Shown one piece after another: positions 32,201 to 40,496 of a stretch of 64,000 nt of DNA (the stretch's first letter is position 1; each line of letters starts with the position of its first letter). The notes below the pieces were generated by a model. It made no database searches. It was given only the letters and a program-made list of their open reading frames with translations, and was not told the DNA's origin. This DNA is from Nitrospirota bacterium (lineage in GTDB: Bacteria; Nitrospirota; Nitrospiria; SBBL01; JAADHI01): NCBI GenBank assembly GCA_029261165.1, contig JAJDBV010000045.1, forward strand, positions 13,271 through 77,270, written 5' to 3'. Position numbers and translations under genes: made by a program.

Positions 32201-32572
32201 TGCCTCATCGTTCTGTGTCCTGGAAAGATAAGTAATTCCCAAGTTGACCAAGCCGTTTACATGGGCAGGATCAATCTCACTCACTCTTTTAAAGAAGCTT
32301 CCCGCCGTAAGGGTGTCTCTGTCGTGTTCCAGACAGACCATCCCGAGGTAATTGAGGGCGTCCGGGTGGTTCGGGTTGAGGGAGAGTATCTGTTTGAACA
32401 ATGTGCGGCTTTTTTCATAGTCCTTTTCCACGAGATAAATGGAACCGAGCAGGATGAGCGTTTCTATTCGATTCGCTTCCCTGGAAAGAATCTTCCGGCA
32501 AAGTTTTTTGGCTTGCTCTAATTGGCCTGCTTTGGCAGATTGGTTTGCCTTCTTTTGCAAGGTTTCGATCAT
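29261..32572 (-). CDS. Multidomain TPR + GT41-type glycosyltransferase + FkbM-type methyltransferase + C-terminal helical-repeat protein (FlmG-like putative flagellin glycosyltransferase)
   Basis: N-terminal TPRs ('LNPNHPDALNYLG', 'IDPAHVNGLVNLG', 'IDPNNVISLNNLG'). SPINDLY/GT41-like core ('RVGYLSPDFRRHSV', 'LDLAGYTQHGR', 'FGSLNSTYKL', 'LDTFPLTGGTTTMDALWMGV'). SAM-MTase segment ('LLDICTGVGAYAIPLAKKVG'). The start at 32572 lies 2 nt after the upstream stop; 32608 is an alternative. Confidence 0.8.
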   Translation of the reverse strand: MIETLQKKANQSAKAGQLEQAKKLCRKILSREANRIETLILLGSIYLVEKDYEKSRTLFKQILSLNPNHPDALNYLGMVCLEHDRDTLTAGSFFKRVSEIDPAHVNGLVNLGITYLSRTQNDEAENIFHKVLAIDPNNVISLNNLGVIASRKNKPQDVMKYYRQALSSYPDNPDILSNLLIWEKLTGNKKEMLKLTYHIVSLPHPGLALFTAYASAKNFCLWEEAKKSLPEIMKLISQNSTTISSFENINLLLLATVGISHASLLDVHKMTGKTIEALRERPAYETHEEAMHPTPRWRVGYLSPDFRRHSVSTFVRGLINNHDRDRFEVYCYSSTKLELEDDITAQYREAADIFVNVSQLSDRQLAERIHSDGIHFLLDLAGYTQHGRLGALSYRPAPVQMMYIGYPYTSGLPAVDYFVTDPYMDGPDNAKYFTEQQLRLPHISCTMSRLFEQAIEKVIPFERNRFITFGSLNSTYKLSPELIYVWSQILKRIPDSRMIINHPNCEMEVTRINILKEFSKHGIDGQRIDIVWKTHPKGSYLRYYNDIDIMLDTFPLTGGTTTMDALWMGVSVVTLVGDICPHRISYSVLSNIGIDLKDLIAFSEEEYVEKAVALASNPARIAELHRTIPESLSSSVLCDPIHLTKQVEAAYIEGWKRKFPESPVIPETKEKAVQYIPVRGGVDIAVEGTLEEINTYILREQEGWFDPEHGFVLNLIQPGMQLLDICTGVGAYAIPLAKKVGGKGRLWATTKTEKEARFMEKSKAHNALDNLCLMVKGDRTLFLDSEMKFQGLKEIDFVRISTNATDTGFLQSGKRFFSQNSPLIMFGIRRDNQIVDTQLVSEFKQLEYHPYRLVPGVNLLLPFTTDEDLDVFAVNLFFCKGDRADLLEKQGVLVRKAAPASDLPGTHIKDWQGYLKSFPYASALIEHWITVPSNLEEWESYWIALNLYARAKDAGRTAEVRYASLETSYGILVMLAKAKATLPRLLSLSRVMIELGKRESAVHLLNQIFALFEKGGEIEINEPFLPLSDEYAAIDPGERLAEWLFASILDQREKARAFSSYFTGEESLPTLEAIYNTGFFDPEIERRIKLIKERYQNVKISSH

Positions 32573-32574
32573 TT

Positions 32575-33339
32575 TCACTGAACCCTCCGTAACCATGCCC
32601 CTGGCCAATAGGTGACCCTTTCGGTGATCTTCCCCTCATTGAAGGGGAAAGAGGGTTCTTCAATCACAAAGTTAGGGTTGGATGCGACAAAGACCTCGGC
32701 GGCGGCCCTTGGATTGTTCCATGACCAGTCTTTATTGCTCCGGGGCGCGCCAACCAGATCTCCCATGATCCCATCTGCTGCGATGATGTAAGAGCCGACC
32801 GAAACCAGGGTGGAATATGCACGGAGCTCAGACAAGACGTGCGCTTTTGTATGATTGGAATCGAGCATCACCAGAACCTTCTCATCCGATTTTACCTTCG
32901 AGGTCACCTTTTCTATGATTTCTAGGTCAATTGAGCTTCCTTCCACTAAGGTAATGTATTCAAATAATTCATGTGCCTCGATAGCTTCACGGTTATGTGG
33001 TCGTATTTCTACATCAATTCCGATCACGCGTCCGCGTCCCATGGCCTTGCACAGGCTTGCATAAAATATAAGGGAACCGCCGTGCGCAACCCCCGTCTCA
33101 ATAATCACGTCAGGTTTTACCTGATAGATGACCTCTTGAATCCTGAACATATCCTCTGGCAACTGAATCATCGGCCGGCCAAGCCAGGAGAAGCCGTAGA
33201 CATATTTATTATCCCAACCACTTCTTAACCAAGCGCCGGAAATAATAGAAAACGCCTCAGGCGTTCCGATGGGATGCGTCTCAGATTCATTCCCGTTTTC
33301 TAGAACAACGATGCCCTTTTCTACGTCAATTTTAATCAT
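32575..33339 (-). CDS. CmcI (cephalosporin hydroxylase)-family class I methyltransferase, sugar O-methyltransferase-like
   Basis: 254 aa with 'FSWLGRPMIQLPEDM', 'PDVIIETGVAHGGSLIFYA' and 'LVMLDSNHTKAHVLSEL'. Confidence 0.75.
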   Translation of the reverse strand: MIKIDVEKGIVVLENGNESETHPIGTPEAFSIISGAWLRSGWDNKYVYGFSWLGRPMIQLPEDMFRIQEVIYQVKPDVIIETGVAHGGSLIFYASLCKAMGRGRVIGIDVEIRPHNREAIEAHELFEYITLVEGSSIDLEIIEKVTSKVKSDEKVLVMLDSNHTKAHVLSELRAYSTLVSVGSYIIAADGIMGDLVGAPRSNKDWSWNNPRAAAEVFVASNPNFVIEEPSFPFNEGKITERVTYWPGAWLRRVQ

Positions 33340-33421
33340 GGTGGCTCAGTGCTCCCGTAATTAAATACTTGGTTATTGTGTCTCATTCTTGCGATGAAAA
33401 TGGATCGCCTAAACCAACCCT

Positions 33422-34582
33422 TTAATGAACGGGCTGTTCACTGAATAAAATACCCTTTAATGCGCTGCAAACATATCTGACTTTTTCTTCGGTTAAATTT
33501 AGACCGGATGGAAGGTTTATCCCATACCGGCTAATTTCATGCCCCACTTTATTACGACGGCGTGCATGTTGGGACTGTTCTAGATCTTTATAGGCCGGAA
33601 TAAAACTCAAAGGACGAAAGAACGGACGGCAGTCAATGCTTTTTTCATTCATTAACCCGATGAAACGATCTTTATCCATGCCGAACTTTGGATCGAGGAT
33701 CATTGTGATCATCCAGTAGGTATTTTTGGTGCTGGTCGCCTCGTTATTCAATGTCACATCTTTGAGGTCGACCAATTCCCTTTGATACCAGGAGAAGATC
33801 TGGCGCCTGCGGGCAAGCAGGTCTTCGATCCGCTCTAATTGTGCAAGTCCCAAGGCCGCCTGCAAACAGCTCATTTTATATTTATAGGCGATCTCTGTGT
33901 TCCGGTACATTTTGTCGCCCGGTTTGCGACCATGGTCACGCAAGAACATGGCACGGTCATATAGATCTTTTCGATCCGTCACCAGCATTCCACCCTCACC
34001 GGTGGTGATGGTTTTTGATCCATGGAAGCTAAAGACGCCCGTGTCTCCAAAGGAACCCGCCTTCTTCCCCTTGTACTCCGACCCCACGGCCTCGGCGGCA
34101 TCTTCGATGACCGCAATTCCGTATTGTTTTGCGAGATTCCGTATGGCGTCCATTTCCGGCATATTGCCGTAGAGGTCGACTGGGATAACGGCTTTCGTCT
34201 TTTTCGTGATACATTCCTCAAAGGATTGAGACGATAAACACCAGGTCCTGGAGTCAATATCGGCAAAGACCGGTGTTGCACCTACATGGGTAATCGGTGC
34301 AGCGGAGGCAATCCATGTTACATCCGGAACAATCACTTCATCGCCCGGGCCGATGCCAAGTGCCAACAGAGAGAGGTGAATTGCCGAAGTACAAGAAGGC
34401 AGGGAGATTGAAAACCGAACACCAATATAATCTGAAAAAGCCTTTTCAAAACGTTCATGGTAGATGTTTGCATTGGCATACCAGGCATTCGAAACGGCAT
34501 CGGTCACATAGTCAATTTCTTTTTCCGTAATCCAGGGACCGGATATTGGAATTCTTTCAAGGGGCTGTCCCAAAACCGTCAT
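33422..34582 (-). CDS. DegT/DnrJ/EryC1-family PLP-dependent sugar aminotransferase
   Basis: 'GPGDEVIVPDVTWIASA', 'VIEDAAEAVGSEYKGKKAGSFGDTGVFSFHGSKTITTGEGGML'. The ATG at 34582 gives an ATGA overlap with the upstream gene; the longer listed ORF is rejected. Confidence 0.85.
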   Translation of the reverse strand: MTVLGQPLERIPISGPWITEKEIDYVTDAVSNAWYANANIYHERFEKAFSDYIGVRFSISLPSCTSAIHLSLLALGIGPGDEVIVPDVTWIASAAPITHVGATPVFADIDSRTWCLSSQSFEECITKKTKAVIPVDLYGNMPEMDAIRNLAKQYGIAVIEDAAEAVGSEYKGKKAGSFGDTGVFSFHGSKTITTGEGGMLVTDRKDLYDRAMFLRDHGRKPGDKMYRNTEIAYKYKMSCLQAALGLAQLERIEDLLARRRQIFSWYQRELVDLKDVTLNNEATSTKNTYWMITMILDPKFGMDKDRFIGLMNEKSIDCRPFFRPLSFIPAYKDLEQSQHARRRNKVGHEISRYGINLPSGLNLTEEKVRYVCSALKGILFSEQPVH

Positions 34583-35340
34583 GATAAATCCTTTATACAA
34601 TTCAAGTATCCATCCGGAGCAGCTGTAATCAGGAGCTTGCTCTCGACTGTCTTGTCGATGACAAACCGGTCGTTGGCCTTCAGGAATTCCCATACGGCAG
34701 TCTTTGGGTTATTCCCTTTCCCCCAGGGACGATCCGGAAAGAAATCCTCCGGCATGTCTTCTATGATTGTGTCAAATACGACGAGGTAACTCCCTTTGGT
34801 GACCAGCGGCGAGTAGCGATTCAGCTCCTTGAGTACATGCGCGTGCGTGTGATTCGAATCCAGAATCAACAACACCGGGTTTTTCCCTCGGGCAAAATCA
34901 CAAACCTTTTTAACCGTATCTTCGTCGGTTGAAGATCCCTCGATCATTTTAATCCGCTTGCAGAGGGGGTGTTTTTCAATTTCACCACGATTATGCTCAC
35001 GAATATCGATATCAATACCTAAAACTTGTCCGTTTCCACCAAGCAGCTCAAGCATCGAAGCATAAAAGACAAGAGATCCTCCGTGGGCAATGCCGGTTTC
35101 TATGATCAAATCCGGCTGAACCTTCCAAATGATCTCCTGCATTCCGAGAACGTCTTGAGGGAGCTGGATAAGCGGCCTTCCCAGCCAAGTGAAATTGTGC
35201 GCATATTTATGCTGTGTAACCTCCTTTACCCAGTGCGTAGAGAGGTCTTGTATCTCTCGGTCGGCCTCCATGCCTTGAATGTGCTCCGATACTTCGCGGA
35301 AATGTTTTTCGATCTCGTTCATTTCAAGAATTCTTTCCAA
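34579..35340 (-). CDS. Second CmcI-family methyltransferase, paralog of 32575-33339
   Basis: 253 aa with 'FTWLGRPLIQLPQDV', 'PDLIIETGIAHGGSLVFYA' and 'LLILDSNHTHAHVLKEL'. Colinear with the other copy. Confidence 0.75.
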   Translation of the reverse strand: MERILEMNEIEKHFREVSEHIQGMEADREIQDLSTHWVKEVTQHKYAHNFTWLGRPLIQLPQDVLGMQEIIWKVQPDLIIETGIAHGGSLVFYASMLELLGGNGQVLGIDIDIREHNRGEIEKHPLCKRIKMIEGSSTDEDTVKKVCDFARGKNPVLLILDSNHTHAHVLKELNRYSPLVTKGSYLVVFDTIIEDMPEDFFPDRPWGKGNNPKTAVWEFLKANDRFVIDKTVESKLLITAAPDGYLNCIKDLS

Positions 35341-36035
35341 TAAACCGTTCCGGAATGGATCATTTTCCCTCCCTCTTTCCCGCGATTGGCGATCAAGTCC
35401 AGGATGGACACATGTGGGTTGAAGGCCCCGTACAGCTGAGGATAGGGTGTTCTTCGGTACTTCATGTATTCAACGTGTATTTTGTTCTTCTCAAAAACTG
35501 CATGGTCCAGGTAGTTTTTTGCGCCATGGCCCGTAATATAAACATCGCCCCCGGCTTTCTTCACGGTGTTGACAACTCTTTGGCTGCTTTCCCCGCCGAC
35601 TCCCATATGAGAAGAATATCGAAACTCCCGTCCCTCGCAAAGGCCAAAGTAACGGCACACTTCTAGGAGACCTGCGACCACGATATCAATCAGTTTCCTT
35701 TCTTCATTCCGGTACACTTTTTCTACGACTGCAATCATCTCGTCCTTATAGGGGGCGCGTCGGTAAGTCTGCGCCAGGAATGTCAGGTGTTGGTTTCTCC
35801 AGTCTTGTTCATCATCCGTAAGAACCTCTAGAATTGCTTGTCCCAACCGTTGCTTGTAGAGCGGGATGGTTAACCATTTGAATCCATCGGAGGTTTTTAT
35901 CTGAACACGGTTAACAAAGCTCCCCTTAGAGAACTGTACATCGTCGTAGTGCACATATGTGTCCGCAAGCCGGATCTGCTCAAACATTCCGACCCATGGG
36001 AAGAACATTGGCTGAGAGATAATGATACGCTTCAC
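35319..36035 (-). CDS. WbqC-family protein (sugar-modification cluster protein of unknown mechanism)
   Basis: 'IISQPMFFPWVGMFEQIRLADTYVHYDDVQFSKGSFVNRVQIKT' is the typical WbqC N-terminus. Confidence 0.75.
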   Translation of the reverse strand: MKRIIISQPMFFPWVGMFEQIRLADTYVHYDDVQFSKGSFVNRVQIKTSDGFKWLTIPLYKQRLGQAILEVLTDDEQDWRNQHLTFLAQTYRRAPYKDEMIAVVEKVYRNEERKLIDIVVAGLLEVCRYFGLCEGREFRYSSHMGVGGESSQRVVNTVKKAGGDVYITGHGAKNYLDHAVFEKNKIHVEYMKYRRTPYPQLYGAFNPHVSILDLIANRGKEGGKMIHSGTVYWKEFLK

Positions 36036-36538
36036 AGGTGTTTTTCCATCATCATCACGTCCAGATACTTCCCCTGCTGTCGGTGGTGGCGGGTATAAAA
36101 TCCGACCCTGGAATACCCTGAGCGTTCGTAAAATGCGATCACATTATTCCGGTGTGCAAGCACTTTCAGAATGACCTTTCGAAGGCTGAGCTCCTTTTGT
36201 ACGTATTCCTCGAACAACCGAAGTGCTTCGCTACCATACCCTCTGCCCTGGAAGTCATCGTCCAGCAGAATGCCTAGCTCGCCCGTTCCATCCATAAAAT
36301 CGATGTTCACCAATTGGATATAGCCGCACGGAAGATCGCCAGACTTCTCTGCAATGATGAAAAATAGGGAACACGCATCACCGAGCCGTCGCTCCAACCA
36401 CTCCGTAACCATTGCAGAGGTGTTGGTCCGGGGACGTGCCATGACCTTGTGCTGCAATTCCGTGTTGTTTCGCATGGAGATCAGAGAACCCTTATCTTTT
36501 TCTTGAGGCAATCTTAGAATGATCTTGCATCCATTCAA
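36032..36538 (-). CDS. GNAT-family N-acetyltransferase
   Basis: 168 aa with 'QGRGYGSEALRLFEEY', the acetyl-CoA-binding Q/RxxGxG/A motif. 4-nt overlap with the next gene. Confidence 0.75.
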   Translation of the reverse strand: MNGCKIILRLPQEKDKGSLISMRNNTELQHKVMARPRTNTSAMVTEWLERRLGDACSLFFIIAEKSGDLPCGYIQLVNIDFMDGTGELGILLDDDFQGRGYGSEALRLFEEYVQKELSLRKVILKVLAHRNNVIAFYERSGYSRVGFYTRHHRQQGKYLDVMMMEKHL

Positions 36539-36555
36539 TACTGGATCTCCCTGTA

Positions 36556-37713
36556 CTACAAGAAAAAATAATGAATCTTACGACCGTTCCATGCCTCGAC
36601 CCTGTCGATGTTGACCTGAGCAATTTTGGGATTCAGGCCCACATAAACCACATCAATATCTGGGTCAAGTTTTTCCGGTCCTAAGATCGGCTTTTCGAAT
36701 AAGACCTTCCCCTTTCGAAAAGAACTTTGATCGATGAAGCTAGTAACTTTTTTGGGGGCAGACAGACAACTCAGGATGAAACTGCCGTAAAAGCCTGATC
36801 CATAAATTGCGACATTTGACCTGTCCGCGTAGGCCTGCTCAAACGTCTTCACCTTGTGGGACAAATCCTGCCAGAAAGCCCCTACCTCTCTCATTCTCTC
36901 TTGTACGTCAGTAACCTGATGCTCCCAGTCCGGGCAGCGTTCTTCTGATATGTCAGCCTTTCGGGCGACAATGACGAAGGCGCCGCGGTGAATTTCTCCG
37001 TCTATCTCCAGCGGGTCAAAACCAACCTTGCTCAGCAAGTACCGGATCGACGTTTCGGTGAAATGATTCACATGATCCACGACGACGTAGTCTGCGATAT
37101 TGGTAAATACATTAGGGACGATGATGTAGCATAAGCCCTCAGGTTTCAGGAATGATCGGATTTTGGTGAGCATGGAATGAGGATCCCCCACGTGCTCCAG
37201 AGAGAAGAAAGAAGTGACTACATCAAACAGGCCTGTCCACTTCTTATTGGGTTCATAGGTTGCCCAATGTTCAGGTTGAGCAAACTTTTCCCAGAACGGG
37301 ACGTACATCTCGCTGACATCAAAAAGGTGCGGCGTAATGTCGGGGCGGGTCTGGATGAGACGCCTGAGCATGCTGCTCTTGGCACAACCATAATCTAATA
37401 CGCGTGCCCCCTCTGGCAGGGAGACTTTGCTGATGAGGGTCTGCATCTGGTGCTCGACCCGATAGATCTTTTTGCTCTCCCTTATTTCGTAAAGCTGGTC
37501 TTCTTCTTCGCTGTCGGTGAGGATTTTGTACGTTGTATCATAATACGCGTCCAGTCCCGTGACCTCAGTGGTTTGAAGATGTCCGCAGCGATCACACAGG
37601 AAGACTTCTGTTTTTCCCTGGTAAATATCGCATAGAGATGTGATGGAAGTGGCGCCATCGGAGCGATACACTGGTGCTTTAAGAGAAGATCTGCAGATAT
37701 TACATGTGGACAT
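36556..37713 (-). CDS. Zn-ribbon + class I SAM methyltransferase + C-terminal domain (C-methyltransferase-like paralog)
   Basis: N-terminal 'CNICRS...CDRCGHLQT' (CxxC...CxxC). SAM motif 'VLDYGCAKSS'. The architecture parallels the 438-aa enzyme at 39172-40488. Confidence 0.65.
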   Translation of the reverse strand: MSTCNICRSSLKAPVYRSDGATSITSLCDIYQGKTEVFLCDRCGHLQTTEVTGLDAYYDTTYKILTDSEEEDQLYEIRESKKIYRVEHQMQTLISKVSLPEGARVLDYGCAKSSMLRRLIQTRPDITPHLFDVSEMYVPFWEKFAQPEHWATYEPNKKWTGLFDVVTSFFSLEHVGDPHSMLTKIRSFLKPEGLCYIIVPNVFTNIADYVVVDHVNHFTETSIRYLLSKVGFDPLEIDGEIHRGAFVIVARKADISEERCPDWEHQVTDVQERMREVGAFWQDLSHKVKTFEQAYADRSNVAIYGSGFYGSFILSCLSAPKKVTSFIDQSSFRKGKVLFEKPILGPEKLDPDIDVVYVGLNPKIAQVNIDRVEAWNGRKIHYFFL

Positions 37714-37730
37714 CGGTTTCCTTTCCTAAG

Positions 37731-38576
37731 TCAGCCCGCCATGAGGTCAGGATGAACATGTTCCAGAGCGACTTCGGAAGAAGATGCGCCACACCAGCCA
37801 ATCTGGATTCCCGTCGGATCGAGAAAATTAAAATACCGAAGCTGCATCGACCACCGCGATCGTATTCCCTGATTGATACCGGAGGCATGTACCACAAGGA
37901 AATCAATAAGAACAAGGTCTCCAGGCTCCGTCAAGGGTGCAACAGGAGGATAGTTCAAGATAATTTCCCTTTCCCTCTCTAATATCAGTCCGTACGCGCC
38001 CGTTTTTTCGGGATTTTTAGGGTCGTTTCGACGAATGCTCAGGAGTCCCTCCTTGTGTGAACCGATGCAGAAGTTGACCGGGCCGAGAGACTCGGTGACT
38101 TGTAGCAATGGACTCCAGAAGGTGACCCCATCGAGACTGCGAAACTGTGCTGGATATTCCTGATGCCACCTTGCCCGATACCTTTCTTCCCCTGGATTGT
38201 CGATACGGATTCCGTATCCGCAGGCTGCGACTCCGGGCATATCCGTCGCCCTGAGTTGGCTCATGAGAGATTCCAGTCGGGAAGACGCAACCAACCTCAA
38301 AAATGCAGGAATCTGCTTGACGGCGTCATACATCTCGCCGCCATACCTGCGGTTCATGGCGATCAACTCTTGGTACCCGGAATCGAATGTTTGGGGGGTG
38401 AAAGCCTGCTGTTCAATCGGCAAGCGATATTTTGTGATGAGAATCTGAATGATTTTGTAGACGGCAAACTGGATTGGCTCGATTTCCTGCTTCAAATCAA
38501 AGAACGATTTGATGAGTAAAACGCCATCCTCATGAAACGTATCAATTTGTTCGGCGGTCAGCATGTTTTTATTCAC
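37731..38576 (-). CDS. Phytanoyl-CoA dioxygenase (PhyH)-family Fe(II)/2-oxoglutarate oxygenase
   Basis: 281 aa. N-terminus 'LTAEQIDTFHEDGVLLIKSFF'. 'WHQEYP' and 'VVHASGIN' fit the His-x-Asp/Glu...His facial triad pattern. Confidence 0.7.
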   Translation of the reverse strand: MNKNMLTAEQIDTFHEDGVLLIKSFFDLKQEIEPIQFAVYKIIQILITKYRLPIEQQAFTPQTFDSGYQELIAMNRRYGGEMYDAVKQIPAFLRLVASSRLESLMSQLRATDMPGVAACGYGIRIDNPGEERYRARWHQEYPAQFRSLDGVTFWSPLLQVTESLGPVNFCIGSHKEGLLSIRRNDPKNPEKTGAYGLILEREREIILNYPPVAPLTEPGDLVLIDFLVVHASGINQGIRSRWSMQLRYFNFLDPTGIQIGWCGASSSEVALEHVHPDLMAG

Positions 38577-39168
38577 TCGTTAACTTATCCTGAAATGTCT
38601 TCGTTTTTTCTGTCTCTTCTTGAGACTTAGAGAATAAACTGTATGACCCATCCTGTTTTGACATGGTGATTTCTGTCAATGGCCATTCAATGGCAAATGT
38701 CGGATCATTCCATCGGATTCCTTTTGCAGATTCCGGACGATAGAATGCTGACATCTGGTAAGAAGCCTCCGCGTTATCGGACAAAGACTGAAAACCGTGA
38801 GCAAAGCCTTCCGGAACATAAAGCATCTTATAGTTTTCAGCATCTAACTCCACTGAAAACCATTGGCAATAAGTAGGAGAATCGGGACGAAGATCAATGA
38901 TGACATCATAAATCGTGCCCTGTATACATCGGACCAGCTTTGCTTCCTCATGAGGCTTCATCTGATAATGCATCCCGCGCAGCGTTCCCCTTTTTTTGTT
39001 ATAGGAGGTATTGCATTGTACGATATTAAATGGGATTCCGTGGGCCTCAAACTCTTCTCGACAGAATGTCCGCGCAAAGGAACCGCGTTCATCTTCTATC
39101 GGATCGATCTCAATGATGTAGGCCCCTTTTAGTTTGGTTTCCTTAAATATCATTGCTTGTATGGGCAC
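38569..39168 (-). CDS. NDP-4-keto-6-deoxyhexose 3,5-epimerase (RfbC/RmlC family)
   Basis: 'DERGSFARTFCREEF', 'QCNTSYNKKRGTLRGMHYQ', 'KLVRCIQGTIYDVIIDLR' and 'LYVPEGFAHGF'. Confidence 0.85.
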   Translation of the reverse strand: MPIQAMIFKETKLKGAYIIEIDPIEDERGSFARTFCREEFEAHGIPFNIVQCNTSYNKKRGTLRGMHYQMKPHEEAKLVRCIQGTIYDVIIDLRPDSPTYCQWFSVELDAENYKMLYVPEGFAHGFQSLSDNAEASYQMSAFYRPESAKGIRWNDPTFAIEWPLTEITMSKQDGSYSLFSKSQEETEKTKTFQDKLTSE

Positions 39169-39171
39169 CTC

Positions 39172-40488
39172 TCACAGAACCGTCACTTCCGGGATCGGCA
39201 CCACAAACGCTCCGCCCCATTCCCGAATGAAGGCCATCTGATTCATGATCTCATCCTTGAGATTCCAGGGCAGGATGAGGAGATAGTCCGGTTTGGTTTC
39301 TCTGATCTTCTCAGGAGGGTAGATCGGGATATGTGTTCCCGGAAGAAAAAGACCCTGTTTGTGCGAACTTCGATCGACTGTATAGTTCAGCATTTCCGAA
39401 TCAATCCCGCAATAGTTTAACAGGGTGTTCCCCTTTGCGGGGGCCCCGTATCCGGAAATGGTCTTTCCTTGTTGTTTAATCATCATGAAGAATGCCAATA
39501 ATCTTTTCCTTGTCTCGCGCACTTTCTCATTAAAAGGGAAGTAGGTCTCTAATTGGTCCAATCCATTTTTTTTCTCTTTCTTTCTCAACCGGGTGATCGT
39601 CTGGCTGATCCTTTTGTTTCGATCATCTTGATGGCATGCATAAATCCGAAGAGATCCCCCGTGTGAACTTAATTCTTCTACGTCAAACAAAACCAAGGCA
39701 TGGTTGGAAAAAATCTTTTCCACGGTGAGAAGTGACAGGTAAGAAAAGTGTTCGTGGTAGATCGTATCGAACTGATTCTCCTCCATTAAGCGTAACAAAT
39801 GGGGAAACTCCATGGTGATCACACCACCGGGTTTGAGTATGATCTTCAGGCCCTGGATAAAATCATTCAGGTCCGGAACATGGGCCAACACATTATTTCC
39901 CACCAGAAGGTCGGCACCGGAGCCATCTTGTCTTATCTCTCTGGCCGCCCTAGACCCAAAGAATGTCACCCGCGTTGGAATGCCCCTAGCCTTTGCGACC
40001 GCTGCCACATTTTCCGCCGGTTCAATGCCCAAGACAGGGACTCTCTTTTTCTGGAAATATTGAAGGAGGTAGCCGTCGTTACTGGCAATCTCAACTACCT
40101 GATGTTTTAGTCCGAGTCCAAACCGCTTTATCATCTCTTCGGTATATCTCTTTGCATGCCTGAGCCAACTGTCGGAGGTGGATGAAAAATAGGCGTAGTC
40201 TTGAAAAATTTCTTCGGGGCTTTGAAATTCCTGTAATTGCACGAGATAGCAACACTCACAGACATAGGCATGTAAAGGGTAGAAGGGTTCCAACTGTGAC
40301 AACTGTTCCCGTTTGATGAAGGCATTCGAGAGCGGCGCCATGCCGAGATCACAGAACGAGTGTTCCAGGGCGGTCCCGCAAAACCTGCATTGACTGGAAT
40401 TTAGACACGTTCCAGATTTTGGCAGCATGTAATCTGGTGCGTTGTTAATTGACGCATGTCTGCTTTTTTTTGAAACATTTTGTACCAT
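39172..40488 (-). CDS. NDP-hexose C-methyltransferase (TylCIII-like: Zn-binding domain + SAM MTase + C-methyltransferase C-terminal domain)
   Basis: 'CRFCGTALEHSFCDLGMAPLSNAF...LHAYVCECCYLVQL', 'VVEIASNDGYLLQYF', 'VLAHVPDLNDF' and 'GYGAPAKGNTLLNYCG'. Confidence 0.8.
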   Translation of the reverse strand: MVQNVSKKSRHASINNAPDYMLPKSGTCLNSSQCRFCGTALEHSFCDLGMAPLSNAFIKREQLSQLEPFYPLHAYVCECCYLVQLQEFQSPEEIFQDYAYFSSTSDSWLRHAKRYTEEMIKRFGLGLKHQVVEIASNDGYLLQYFQKKRVPVLGIEPAENVAAVAKARGIPTRVTFFGSRAAREIRQDGSGADLLVGNNVLAHVPDLNDFIQGLKIILKPGGVITMEFPHLLRLMEENQFDTIYHEHFSYLSLLTVEKIFSNHALVLFDVEELSSHGGSLRIYACHQDDRNKRISQTITRLRKKEKKNGLDQLETYFPFNEKVRETRKRLLAFFMMIKQQGKTISGYGAPAKGNTLLNYCGIDSEMLNYTVDRSSHKQGLFLPGTHIPIYPPEKIRETKPDYLLILPWNLKDEIMNQMAFIREWGGAFVVPIPEVTVL

Positions 40489-40496
40489 TCAACAAC

